Below are positions 24,283 to 32,227 of a DNA stretch of 38,307 bases, piece by piece; the stretch's first letter is position 1, and the number at the start of each line of letters is the position of its first letter. The notes under the pieces were generated by a model, which saw nothing but the letters and a program-made list of their open reading frames with translations, was not told the origin of the DNA and searched no databases. This stretch comes from a virus. Location: the IMG/VR virus record IMGVR_UViG_3300045391_000521. One strand, 5' to 3'. Position numbers and translations under genes: made by a program.

Positions 24283-24720
24283 TCAGTCTTTGAAGTTCGT
24301 CCCGGCGTAGCGGCGGTGCAGCTCTTTCGGAAGCTTTTCTCGCAGGTAGCGCACGTGCCGGCAGTTCTGGCACATATCCTCATCGACACGGTTCTTGTTC
24401 CAGGCGTTCGCTGTCCGGACGACGTACATACCGCAATCGCAACGAGCCAACCATTTGGTGCCTGTGCAGCCTTTGGACTTCGCGAGATATCCAACGATGA
24501 CGATCCGGCCGTGGCGTTGCCCAGAGAGGTCGCGAAATCCTGGATTTCGCCTCGTGACCATCGGGATCGGCTGAACCTGCGGGGGAATCTCCCACATCAG
24601 CACACCTTCCCCGATGCAGTTTGAGGGCTTGAGTTTGGGCCCGTCACCAATCACCAGCGCAGCGGTCTTATTCACCGGATGGAGCGCCACGTCTGGCACG
24701 CCGGATTTCAGGTGCTTCAC
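24283..24720 (-). CDS. Hypothetical protein with Cys4 zinc-ribbon-like motif (145 aa, GTG start assumed)
   Basis: GTGA overlap with the stop of 24717..25028. Motif CDCG...CQNC. Confidence 0.5.
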   Translation of the reverse strand: MKHLKSGVPDVALHPVNKTAALVIGDGPKLKPSNCIGEGVLMWEIPPQVQPIPMVTRRNPGFRDLSGQRHGRIVIVGYLAKSKGCTGTKWLARCDCGMYVVRTANAWNKNRVDEDMCQNCRHVRYLREKLPKELHRRYAGTNFKD

Positions 24721-25028
24721 AGCGCCTCCTTCCACAGCGCGCGCACGCGTTCCCACTGCTGCCGGTCCATACCGTCGCCAAGCGGGCGATACTCACTGCC
24801 ACGGGCACGCGCCTCGTCGTCAGCCTTGAACGCCTTCGACAGATCGACCTGCACCTGGGCGCGTACCGTATCGGACAGCGTGCTCCAGTTCTCAACCAGC
24901 CAATCGCACGTTTCGCTGACCGTGTACGTCTGCCGGCCGATGGCGTAGCGCACGGCGTTGATGATGAGGAAGTCCAGCAGCTTCAGCATGTCCTCCTTAA
25001 CCGATTTGATGTCGTCTTGCTCGCTCAC
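24717..25028 (-). CDS. Hypothetical early protein (103 aa)
   Basis: ORF with the motif RYAIGRQTY, in the coupled gene chain. Confidence 0.6.
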   Translation of the reverse strand: MSEQDDIKSVKEDMLKLLDFLIINAVRYAIGRQTYTVSETCDWLVENWSTLSDTVRAQVQVDLSKAFKADDEARARGSEYRPLGDGMDRQQWERVRALWKEAL

Positions 25029-25387
25029 TCCCCGCCCTCCCCTGAGTTGTCATCTGTTGGTTGACTACTGGATTTGCCGATTGCGGCGCCCGCTCGGACG
25101 ATGGCGCGGCGGGTGGCGCGATCTGGATCGTCTCCGTAGTGCGGCTCGGCAACTAACGCCCGATTGTCAATAGACACTACTGCGCTAGCTCCGCTACCCC
25201 ACGGTTCAACACGCATGCGCAGCTTCACCGCCAGCCGCAGCGCGTCGCCGTCGTCCTGCAGCGGGTTCCAGAGCTTCCATACGCCACGGGTTTTGATCTG
25301 AAAAAATTGCCCCGCAGGGATGACGCACCACTGCCATTCGTAGCCCGCCGCCTTCGCCGCCAGCTCCAGCAGTTCGCGATCAGTCAT
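25025..25387 (-). CDS. Hypothetical early protein (120 aa), LLELAAKAAGY-type N-terminus
   Basis: ATG at 25387 with SD gggga. The N-terminal motif is shared with other early genes in this window. Confidence 0.6.
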   Translation of the reverse strand: MTDRELLELAAKAAGYEWQWCVIPAGQFFQIKTRGVWKLWNPLQDDGDALRLAVKLRMRVEPWGSGASAVVSIDNRALVAEPHYGDDPDRATRRAIVRAGAAIGKSSSQPTDDNSGEGGE

Positions 25388-25633
25388 TTTGGATATCCCC
25401 AAGGTGAATTAGCCAGCTCGCGACGTCTGTGCAATCCAATACTCTGATTGTGTATTCATAAAGGGGGGCCGATCTATATTCCCGTGGATCAGCTAAATCG
25501 CCATCTGGCGGAGAAATTGGGCGTCGCACAGTGGCAATGGCCTTATAGCCAACTTAGCGATGCTTCCCCTGTAGTTCCTTCACAAGCCTGTCAAAGGCGC
25601 CCGCTTTGGCTTTCAAGGTTTCTAGATCATCCA

Positions 25634-26173
25634 TCACGCCTCCTCCAGTTGTTTGGCCGTAATGGCCGGATCATGCATGTGCGTCAGGTGACGGCCTTCC
25701 CAACGATGCCTCTCTGCCCATTCGACGGCTCGCATCAGACGCGGGATTGCGGCGCGGCCCAGCTGGTCATCGTAGATGGCGACGAAGGTGTTTAGGATGC
25801 CGAGCTCGGTTGCGTTGGCGCCCCATTTCTTCGTCTTCAGGAACCGCTCCTGAATCGCCCGCAGCTTGAGCGATGCTTCCTTGCACAGCTCGTAGCTGGC
25901 CGATAGCTGGCGTTGCCGCGCCGAGCCGTTCGCGTCAGCCGTCTCGCCGACCAGGTGCGCACAAACCAGGATCGCTGCGCCCATGGTGGCCGAGTTCTCC
26001 AAGGTGAAGCCGCCGAACTGCAACGCGGTCAGCGCGCCGTAGACCTGCCCGATCATCTTGTCGCGCTCCTCAGGCAGCACGAAGCCGGTTCTGGATACGC
26101 GTGCCAATGGTGCCGGCTTGCGCTTTACAGCGCGGCGTTCTGCCCGGTTCAAAGCGGCATCCCCAGCACCCAA
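25634..26173 (-). CDS. Hypothetical early protein (up to 179 aa, start uncertain, TTG in the ORF track)
   Basis: Long ORF with protein-like composition. No motif recognised. Confidence 0.55.
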   Translation of the reverse strand: MGAGDAALNRAERRAVKRKPAPLARVSRTGFVLPEERDKMIGQVYGALTALQFGGFTLENSATMGAAILVCAHLVGETADANGSARQRQLSASYELCKEASLKLRAIQERFLKTKKWGANATELGILNTFVAIYDDQLGRAAIPRLMRAVEWAERHRWEGRHLTHMHDPAITAKQLEEA

Positions 26174-26238
26174 TCCACGAACGCCACCGTCGCGAAGACG
26201 ATGACCACGATACCAAGCATCTCAAGTGCAGTGCGCAT
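26149..26238 (-). CDS. Possible 29-aa single-TM micropeptide
   Basis: ATG overlaps the upstream stop (TGATG). Reads MRTALEMLGIVVIVFATVAFVDWVLGMPL. Confidence 0.3.
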   Translation of the reverse strand: MRTALEMLGIVVIVFATVAFVDWVLGMPL

Positions 26239-26396
26239 CACCGGATCACCCAGAGGTAATCCATCTGCGCACTGCGGTAGCGGGTATACATCAGCGCAGC
26301 GTTCTCCCGGTCGAACTTCTCCGCCCATAGCCAACGCCAGAACGATTTTTCCAGCTCCCACCACATGCGCACGCGGCGCTTGAAACTTGCTTTCAT
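26238..26396 (-). CDS. Hypothetical small basic Trp-rich protein (52 aa, below the ORF-track cutoff)
   Basis: ATGA overlap with the stop of the Cro-like gene. Reads MKASFKRRVRMWWELEKSFWRWLWAEKFDRENAALMYTRYRSAQMDYLWVIR. Confidence 0.4.
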   Translation of the reverse strand: MKASFKRRVRMWWELEKSFWRWLWAEKFDRENAALMYTRYRSAQMDYLWVIR

Positions 26397-26599
26397 GATT
26401 CCTCCTCCCTGCGTGGATACAAGTCCGGACGCACCGTCTCGCGACGTAGGCCCGTCACCGACTCGAACGCTAGCACCCTCTCTGCCGGGACATGCCCGGT
26501 CATATACCAGCGGTGCACAGCTTGTCGCGTTACACCCATCTGCCTTGCCACTTCCGAAATACCGAGCGATTCAATCGCCAGTTTCACTGCTTCTTCCAT
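26393..26599 (-). CDS. Cro / YdaS-like helix-turn-helix regulator (68 aa), first gene of the early-left operon
   Basis: LGISEVARQMGVTRQAVHRWYMTGHVPAERV is a Cro/YdaS-type HTH. Sits right next to the divergent promoter region. Confidence 0.7.
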   Translation of the reverse strand: MEEAVKLAIESLGISEVARQMGVTRQAVHRWYMTGHVPAERVLAFESVTGLRRETVRPDLYPRREEES

Positions 26600-26630
26600 T
26601 GATGAGCCCCTGTTGGTGCCCGGCGATTGA

Positions 26631-26659
26631 ATGATGCACCACTCATCGCATCATGTCAA
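26631..26659 (-). promoter_or_regulatory. Candidate leftward sigma70 promoter (-35 TTGACA, 17-nt spacer, -10 CATCAT)
   Basis: Read on the - strand: TTGACA is the reverse complement of 26654-26659, and CATCAT is the reverse complement of 26631-26636. Confidence 0.5.
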
Positions 26660-26672
26660 CAACGCGTTGACA
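26654..26672. promoter_or_regulatory. Operator-like palindrome tgtcaac-aacgc-gttgaca spanning both -35 boxes
   Basis: Perfect 7-bp arms with a 5-bp spacer. Confidence 0.5.
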
Positions 26673-26695
26673 ACAGACTCACCAATGTTTACGAT
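26667..26695 (+). promoter_or_regulatory. Candidate rightward sigma70 promoter (-35 TTGACA, 17-nt spacer, -10 TACGAT)
   Basis: TTGACA at 26667-26672 and TACGAT at 26690-26695. The first + strand gene starts at 26729 with SD ggaga. Confidence 0.55.
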
Positions 26696-26728
26696 GAACT
26701 CACATCGACAACAACAGCGGAGACGGCC

Positions 26729-26878
26729 ATGTACATCAATCGCAGGAAGCACATCAGGCTCGATAACCCTCGTCTTGACGACTGGCGCAGCCTGATCCTG
26801 GCCATCGCGGCAACGGTGGCGTTTTCGGCGATTGGTGCGGTTGGCCTGTCTCTGCTGGCCTATCCGGGAGTGGCGTGA
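26729..26878 (+). CDS. Small membrane protein (49 aa), first gene of the early-right operon
   Basis: Internal Met MYINRRKHIRL with an SD. TM segment LILAIAATVAFSAIGAVGLSLLA. The ORF-track N-terminus would lie upstream of the predicted transcription start. Confidence 0.5.
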   Translation: MYINRRKHIRLDNPRLDDWRSLILAIAATVAFSAIGAVGLSLLAYPGVA

Positions 26879-27195
26879 TGATTATCGACTGGGACGACAT
26901 GAAGGTGCCGGCATACAAGGCCTATCAGAATCCGGAGCAGACCGAAGAGCAACGCGAGGAACACATGCGCAACCTAGTCCAGAAGGAAGCCAGCCGCCTG
27001 CTGGAAGACGCGGAAGGCATCGGCGAGCTGCTGGGTGAAGTGTTCTTCGATCCGAACGCAGAGCGCGCGCTCTACAGCCTACTGGCCAGCATCGCGACGG
27101 CGCCGGATCGCGAACTAGTGTCATCCGAGCTGCACAATTTTCTGCACTTCCACGCCCAGCGCGTGGCCGACATTAACGTCGATCGTCAACAGTAA
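26878..27195 (+). CDS. Hypothetical acidic early protein (105 aa)
   Basis: ATG overlaps the upstream stop (TGATG). An alternative GTG start lies at 26875. Confidence 0.6.
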   Translation: MIIDWDDMKVPAYKAYQNPEQTEEQREEHMRNLVQKEASRLLEDAEGIGELLGEVFFDPNAERALYSLLASIATAPDRELVSSELHNFLHFHAQRVADINVDRQQ

Positions 27196-27204
27196 GGAAA
27201 CCCC

Positions 27205-27576
27205 ATGATTACCACCACCCTAAAGGCACTGCGCGCGGAAGGCGCTTGCGTGTCTGGCTACAACAAGCTGGTCCGTGCGTTGCAAGGTAAGCCGTTCACC
27301 GATTCCGACCAAGAGCGCGAATCGCATATCCTGTTTTCGCATGCCGATCCGATTCCGTTGGGTTTCGTCCTTGACTCGAACGGTCTGGAGGACGCGCTTT
27401 GGACGCTTCGGGCCTGCGAGCAAACGCCAGAGCTGATCCGTGCAGAACGACTGTTCGCGGTATGGTGCGCACGCCAAGTGCAGCACTTGATGACGGATTC
27501 GCGCAGCCTGAATGCGCTGGACGTAGCTGAGCGGCACGCAAACGGCGAGGCAAGCGACGAAGAGCTGGACGCCGCC
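27205..27576. repeat. Inverted repeat, right arm (372 bp, pairs with 23099-23470)
   Basis: See the left arm. A further 40-nt identical block lies at 27739-27778 versus 22810-22849. Confidence 0.85.
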
Positions 27577-27807
27577 TGGGACGTCGCCAGGGCCGCCGCC
27601 TGGGACGCCAGGGACGCCGCCAGGGCCGCCGCCTGGGCCGCCTGGGCCGCCGCCTGGGCCGCCAGGGCCGCTGCCTGGGACGCCGCCAGGGCCGCCGACA
27701 GGGCCGCCAGGGCCGCCGACAGGGCCGCGCATAAAGACATGTTCCGTAAAGTGTTCTGTGGGGATGCGCTGGATATCGAGGCGATGAGCAAGAAGGTGGA
27801 GGCCTGA
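27205..27807 (+). CDS. Ala/Trp/Asp/Arg-repeat protein, paralog B (200 aa)
   Basis: Near-identical N-terminal 124 aa to 22772..23470 (K12E). Shorter central repeat region. Conserved MFRKVFCGDALDI near the C-terminus. Confidence 0.75.
   Translation: MITTTLKALRAEGACVSGYNKLVRALQGKPFTDSDQERESHILFSHADPIPLGFVLDSNGLEDALWTLRACEQTPELIRAERLFAVWCARQVQHLMTDSRSLNALDVAERHANGEASDEELDAAWDVARAAAWDARDAARAAAWAAWAAAWAARAAAWDAARAADRAARAADRAAHKDMFRKVFCGDALDIEAMSKKVEA
27577..27729. repeat. 9/12-nt tandem repeat array inside paralog B (shorter, different unit order)
   Basis: gccgcctgggac / gccagggcc / gccgacagggcc units, about 85 nt shorter than the array in paralog A. Confidence 0.85.
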
Positions 27808-27808
27808 C

Positions 27809-28273
27809 ATGGACAAGAAGAAGTTGGAAGAGCTGAAGGCGCTGGCGGAGAAGGCAATGCCGGGGCCGTGGAGATCGGTAGGCGGCGCTATTTGCATTCG
27901 CTCAGCCAATGTTTCGCCTCGCGGGCGCGAGTTGTGGATAGGGGATGCCGGGCATGCTACCGCCGCCTTCATCGCTGCCGCCAACCCGACCACCGTCTTG
28001 GAGATGATCGAACAGAATGAAGAGCTGCGAGAGGCGCTAAAAGCACTACGCTCGGTGTGCTTCGACTGGCGCAAAACGCTTGATGAGTTCGAGCGGCTTG
28101 GTGAGCTGTATTACCAAGAATTCAGACGGCTGCGCCCCGGCAAAGACGATCCTTTCCGGGATTCGAACGAGCCGGAGAACATCAAGCAATACGATGAATG
28201 GGCGCGGAAGCGCAACGAGGATGCAATTGACCGCGCTGATGCCGCCCTCGCCAAGGCAGAGGGGGACGCATGA
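27809..28273 (+). CDS. ead/Ea22-like family protein (154 aa)
   Basis: The N-terminus LEELKALAEKAMPGPW is characteristic of Ea22-like phage proteins. Confidence 0.6.
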   Translation: MDKKKLEELKALAEKAMPGPWRSVGGAICIRSANVSPRGRELWIGDAGHATAAFIAAANPTTVLEMIEQNEELREALKALRSVCFDWRKTLDEFERLGELYYQEFRRLRPGKDDPFRDSNEPENIKQYDEWARKRNEDAIDRADAALAKAEGDA

Positions 28274-28371
28274 CCCGTCACCCCCTTCTCCGCGAACTTG
28301 CCCTGCGCATGCTGGGCGCTCTACTGGTGGTCGCCGTATGGGCCATCGCGATGTCCCTTGTTAAGGATTGA
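28270..28371 (+). CDS. Possible 33-aa single-TM micropeptide
   Basis: ATGA overlap upstream and TGATG overlap downstream. Reads MTRHPLLRELALRMLGALLVVAVWAIAMSLVKD. Confidence 0.35.
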   Translation: MTRHPLLRELALRMLGALLVVAVWAIAMSLVKD

Positions 28372-29582
28372 TGATGCTCAAGAAAGCAACCAACCGCATG
28401 GCCTATGCAAAGGTCGGCATCTACGGGACAGCTGGTTCCGGTAAAACCCGCACTGCGACGGAGATCGCCATTGGGCTGCACAAGGCAATCGGCAGCAAGA
28501 AGCCCATCGCGGCGTTTGACACGGAGCCTGCATTCAGTTTCGTCCTTCCGCTCTACGAGAAAGCCGGGATTGAATTGCTCGTAGCTGATGAAAGCCGAGC
28601 CTTAGCCGATCTGATGAAGTTTATGGATGAGGCTGAGAAAGTAAGTGAAATCGTCATCATCGATAGCATTACGCATGTATGGCGTGATGCGCAGGAGAGC
28701 TATCTAGCGCGCCTGAACAAGTCACGCAAAGCGGCCGGTAAACGTCCTCTTCCTGCACTGGAGTTCCAGCACTGGCGTCCAATCAAGGCGGCATGGGCTG
28801 AGTTCACCGACCGTTTCTTGTCCTCCAAGATGCACGTCATCGTCTGCGGGCGGGCCGGCAACGTCTACGAGTACCAGGACAAGGACGATGGCTCCGGCAA
28901 GAAAGAGCTGATCAACACCGGCACCCGCATGGCTACCGAGAAGGAGCTGGGCTACGAACCGAGCCTGCTAATCGAGATGATCTCGGATCGAGTTGAAGGC
29001 CGCATCATTAATACCGCGCTGATCCAGAAAGACCGGACGGACAGGCTGAATGGCCGAGAGATCCAGATGCCGAACTACGGCAAGCTGGAGTCACACTTCA
29101 AATGCCTGAACATCGGCGGCCAGCACTTCGACAGTATGGACCAGCGCAACTCCGAATCCTTGTTCCCGGAGGCCAACGAAAGTGGCTGGGACTCCGAAAC
29201 GCGGCAACGCACCATCTATGCGGAGGAGATCGGCGAGCTACTGAAGAAGCACTTCCCAAGCCAATCGGTGGAGGACAAGCAGCGCCGCATGGATCTTCTG
29301 GAGCAAATCTTCCAGACCCGTAGCTGGACGCGCGTTGAGGGCCTAAACAGCGATTTGCAGAAGGCTGGGCTGGCTGCCCTTCGCGACGCTCTGGAGCCGC
29401 GCGGCGAGGTCGAAATCGCCGTCGATACGGTAAAAGACCGCATCTGCGCCTCCCCCAATATGGACGTCCTCGACATGGCCGCCGATATGATCCCGCAGAT
29501 CATGGGTGACGATGATCGCCAGGCACTGCAAGAGCTGTACGAGGCTCGAAAGAAGGAATTGCTGGGCGACGTGCCGCAATAG
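28371..29582 (+). CDS. AAA/RecA-like ATPase (phage nucleotide-binding, Sak4-like N-terminal domain, about 403 aa)
   Basis: Walker A GTAGSGKT. Hydrophobic strand plus Asp (IVIIDS) as Walker B. Lies in the recombination/replication block. Confidence 0.65.
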   Translation: MMLKKATNRMAYAKVGIYGTAGSGKTRTATEIAIGLHKAIGSKKPIAAFDTEPAFSFVLPLYEKAGIELLVADESRALADLMKFMDEAEKVSEIVIIDSITHVWRDAQESYLARLNKSRKAAGKRPLPALEFQHWRPIKAAWAEFTDRFLSSKMHVIVCGRAGNVYEYQDKDDGSGKKELINTGTRMATEKELGYEPSLLIEMISDRVEGRIINTALIQKDRTDRLNGREIQMPNYGKLESHFKCLNIGGQHFDSMDQRNSESLFPEANESGWDSETRQRTIYAEEIGELLKKHFPSQSVEDKQRRMDLLEQIFQTRSWTRVEGLNSDLQKAGLAALRDALEPRGEVEIAVDTVKDRICASPNMDVLDMAADMIPQIMGDDDRQALQELYEARKKELLGDVPQ

Positions 29583-29643
29583 TTGCTCAACTCGTGCCGC
29601 GTGACAGGCGGTACTGGTGGATCAACTGCGCAGGAGGCGCAAA

Positions 29644-29928
29644 ATGGACAAGATCAATGATGGTGGGCCGGCGTTTCCGATGGTGACGAGGTTCGATCAC
29701 AGTAACGCTGGAAATCCGCATTACTACGCCAGCCAGTCAGCCGAAGGCATGTCACTCCGGCAATACTATGCCGGCCTTGCGATGCAAGGCATATTGTCTA
29801 ATCCAGACAATGGGAAAATCTCTGTGGCATTGCTGGAGCGTAATGGATTCGATGGGTTTGACCGCTTTGTCGCTAATTTCGCCGTCAGAGAAGCCGACGC
29901 CCTTATCCGCGAATTGGAGAAGAAATGA
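29644..29928 (+). CDS. Hypothetical protein (94 aa) with GGPAFP motif
   Basis: ATG at 29644 preceded by SD aggagg. Confidence 0.6.
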   Translation: MDKINDGGPAFPMVTRFDHSNAGNPHYYASQSAEGMSLRQYYAGLAMQGILSNPDNGKISVALLERNGFDGFDRFVANFAVREADALIRELEKK

Positions 29929-30470
29929 GCCGCCGCTTCGGTCGCAACCAAAAGCGTCGTATGCGCGCAGCCATGGCAGAGCAGGCGCAGTCCATCGAGA
30001 ACCTGAACACCGCGATCGCCATGGATCGTGGGTTGCTGGAGCGCCAAGGCCAGAACCTCGATGAACTGCGCGGCTGGCTGAGCGACATTGCCGAAAGGCT
30101 GGGGCATTACGCCATCGTCACCGGCAACGCCGAGCGGTTCGAGGCTGAATGGCTGGAGCGAAGGGGGCATTTCCAGATGCAGACACCGTCCAGCTTCGAT
30201 TTATCACGCGCGCTCAGCTTGGCAATTGCCAGTCCAGACAGCTTCATCGCCTACAGGCAGATGATGGATATCCTGGATTTGGAAGTCGTGGCGGACGAGA
30301 TGCGCCAGGACATGCACTGCAAGGTCTACTTCGGCGACCATCGGCTCGGCTATGCTATGAGCCATCATGCGATCCAACATATTCCGCGCAGGGAACTGAT
30401 ACGCAGAATATCTGAACAGCTATCTTTAATGCTGGAACAGCAGTTGAAAGAGGCAGGGGTGAGGAAATGA
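29925..30470 (+). CDS. Hypothetical protein (181 aa)
   Basis: ATGA overlap with the upstream gene. Basic N-terminus. Confidence 0.6.
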   Translation: MSRRFGRNQKRRMRAAMAEQAQSIENLNTAIAMDRGLLERQGQNLDELRGWLSDIAERLGHYAIVTGNAERFEAEWLERRGHFQMQTPSSFDLSRALSLAIASPDSFIAYRQMMDILDLEVVADEMRQDMHCKVYFGDHRLGYAMSHHAIQHIPRRELIRRISEQLSLMLEQQLKEAGVRK

Positions 30471-30550
30471 GTAAATACGCTAAGATATTCGCGCTAGCCT
30501 TTATCATTGGCGCGGTATTCCATTACCTGACGGCGCCATTGAATGGCTGA
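30467..30550 (+). CDS. Possible 27-aa TM micropeptide
   Basis: ATGA overlap upstream, and its stop overlaps the rusA start. Reads MSKYAKIFALAFIIGAVFHYLTAPLNG. Confidence 0.3.
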   Translation: MSKYAKIFALAFIIGAVFHYLTAPLNG

Positions 30551-30923
30551 ACTGTTCGTTCTCCCATTCCCGCCAAGCGCGAATCACTATTGGCGCCATC
30601 CTGGTAAAGGCCCGCTGGCAGGACGGCATCTGATCAGTGAGGAGGGCCGGCAGTACCGATTCGATGTGCACGTTGCTGTCTTGCAGCAACGCGTCAGGCG
30701 ACAGAAACTGACCGGTTCGATTTCCATCGACATTGCCGCCAACCCGCCAGACAAGCGGCGGCGCGATTTGGACAACATGCTAAAGGCATTGCTCGACGCT
30801 TTGACGCATGCTGGCGTGTGGGACGACGATAGCAACATTGATGAACTCTCCATCCGGCGTGGGAAAGTAGTGTCGGGAGGGCGCATCAGCATAGCAATCA
30901 GAGCAAATGGGGTTGTTGAATAG
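30543..30923 (+). CDS. rusA: RusA-family Holliday junction resolvase (126 aa)
   Basis: Motifs LPFPPSANHYW and RRDLDNMLKALLDAL are typical of RusA. Confidence 0.85.
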   Translation: MAELFVLPFPPSANHYWRHPGKGPLAGRHLISEEGRQYRFDVHVAVLQQRVRRQKLTGSISIDIAANPPDKRRRDLDNMLKALLDALTHAGVWDDDSNIDELSIRRGKVVSGGRISIAIRANGVVE

Positions 30924-30947
30924 TTCCCTAATCCGTCAAAATCCAAT

Positions 30948-30972
30948 AGCGCCTACGGGCGCTTTTTCTTTT
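30948..30972 (+). terminator. Intrinsic terminator after rusA
   Basis: agcgcc-tacg-ggcgct stem followed by tttttctttt. Confidence 0.75.
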
Positions 30973-31035
30973 CCAATTCATTGTTATATTCATTTTCAAT
31001 ATGACGTTAATTGTGCGATGCGCAATTGAAAGTCC

Positions 31036-31064
31036 TTGTAGAGTCCGCTTCCGTTTTATATAAT
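31036..31064 (+). promoter_or_regulatory. Candidate sigma70 promoter for the replication genes (-35 TTGTAG, 17 nt, -10 TATAAT)
   Basis: Perfect TATAAT at 31059-31064 in an AT-rich intergenic region just after a terminator. Confidence 0.4.
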
Positions 31065-31226
31065 CCAATTCGTGCAATTGGTTCTTGGCAGAATGTTTTG
31101 CACAACTGGAAGCATGGCTTTACGAAAGAGTCTTGATCTGTTGCTGCGCGTATATTAGGTGCTTCCCCTGATAAAACGCATTGCCAGCGGCGACAGATCA
31201 AGGCTTTTTTGCATTGGAAGCCGGCA

Positions 31227-31412
31227 ATGAAAAAAAAACTCCAATTCGACCAAGATCGTGAAAGCCTCATTGATGGGCTGACCCGCATCGTCTGCAACAC
31301 CTCCCAAGAAATTCAGTTCCGCAAGGCCGCCATGCAGGTACTGCGCCGAGTGATCTCCGGCCGCTCTGCCGGCACAGTTCGTGCCATGGAGAAGTCCAGA
31401 GGCATCGTATGA
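31227..31412 (+). CDS. Hypothetical protein (61 aa)
   Basis: ATG at 31227 followed by an A9 run. Its stop overlaps the next start (ATGA). Confidence 0.5.
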   Translation: MKKKLQFDQDRESLIDGLTRIVCNTSQEIQFRKAAMQVLRRVISGRSAGTVRAMEKSRGIV

Positions 31413-32227
31413 ACTACTACCAGTTCCATATCGGAGACTTCCGTGCCGGGACCATCCATATGTCCAGGCTGGCACGATGGATCTACCGGGACATGATGGA
31501 TGTGTACTACGACACTGAGCGGCCGTTGCCGTTGAAATTGGATGACTTATGCGATCTGATCGGCGTTGAATCCAATGATGAGCGTCGTATTGTCGAACGT
31601 GTGTTGCGTCTCAAGTTCCGATCGCATGACGATGGCTTTCACCATGACAAATGCGACGAAGTCATCGGTGAATTCCGCGCAAAAGCAGACGTGGCGCGGG
31701 CTAACGGGGCGAGAGGTGGTCGTCCACCGAAGAAACAAGAAAACCCAGAAAAACCCAGCCGGTTATTTCTGGGTTCCGAAACAAAACCCAACGGTAACCC
31801 AGCAGAAACCGGATCGAAAGCTAACCAAGAACCAATAACCAATAACCATAAAGAACAAACCTCCTTACAGGAGGTAGGGAACGGAATGCCCGTTCCCCAG
31901 CAAGAACAGCGCGAAAACTGCCCACATGAGCAGATCATCGAGGCCTATCACAGGCTCTTGCCTACAGGGCGAGTTGTTCGGGTATGGAACGATGCCAGGC
32001 GGGCGAAGCTGCGTGCACGGTGGAGGGAATCGCAAGCGCGGCAATCGGTGGAGTGGTGGGAGCAGCTGTTCACCTACATTGCCAAGTCCCCGTTTTTGAC
32101 GGGCGCGGTGCAATCGCATGACCGGACACCATTCCAGATAGATCTTGAGTGGATCGTGAATCCGTCCAACTTCGTCAAGATCATCGAAGGCAAGTACCAC
32201 AGCGACCGTACGGAGAAAGCGGCATGA
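31409..32227 (+). CDS. DUF1376 (YdaU-like) replication protein (272 aa)
   Basis: The N-terminus MNYYQFHIGDFRAGTIHMSRLARWIYRDMMDVYYDTERPLP is the DUF1376 signature. Lies directly upstream of dnaB. Confidence 0.75.
   Translation: MNYYQFHIGDFRAGTIHMSRLARWIYRDMMDVYYDTERPLPLKLDDLCDLIGVESNDERRIVERVLRLKFRSHDDGFHHDKCDEVIGEFRAKADVARANGARGGRPPKKQENPEKPSRLFLGSETKPNGNPAETGSKANQEPITNNHKEQTSLQEVGNGMPVPQQEQRENCPHEQIIEAYHRLLPTGRVVRVWNDARRAKLRARWRESQARQSVEWWEQLFTYIAKSPFLTGAVQSHDRTPFQIDLEWIVNPSNFVKIIEGKYHSDRTEKAA

Noticed and set aside
25403-25795. ORF 25448..25795 +, and a 26-codon ATGA-coupled ORF at 25554..25634 -, in the gap between 25387 and 25634
   Set aside because: The + ORF is antisense to the operon, overlaps 25634..26173, and has poor composition. 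The mini-ORF has coupling but is too short and featureless to report as a gene. The gap may instead hold an internal promoter (TTGCAC, 17 nt, TAATTC on the - strand), which is too weak a match to list.
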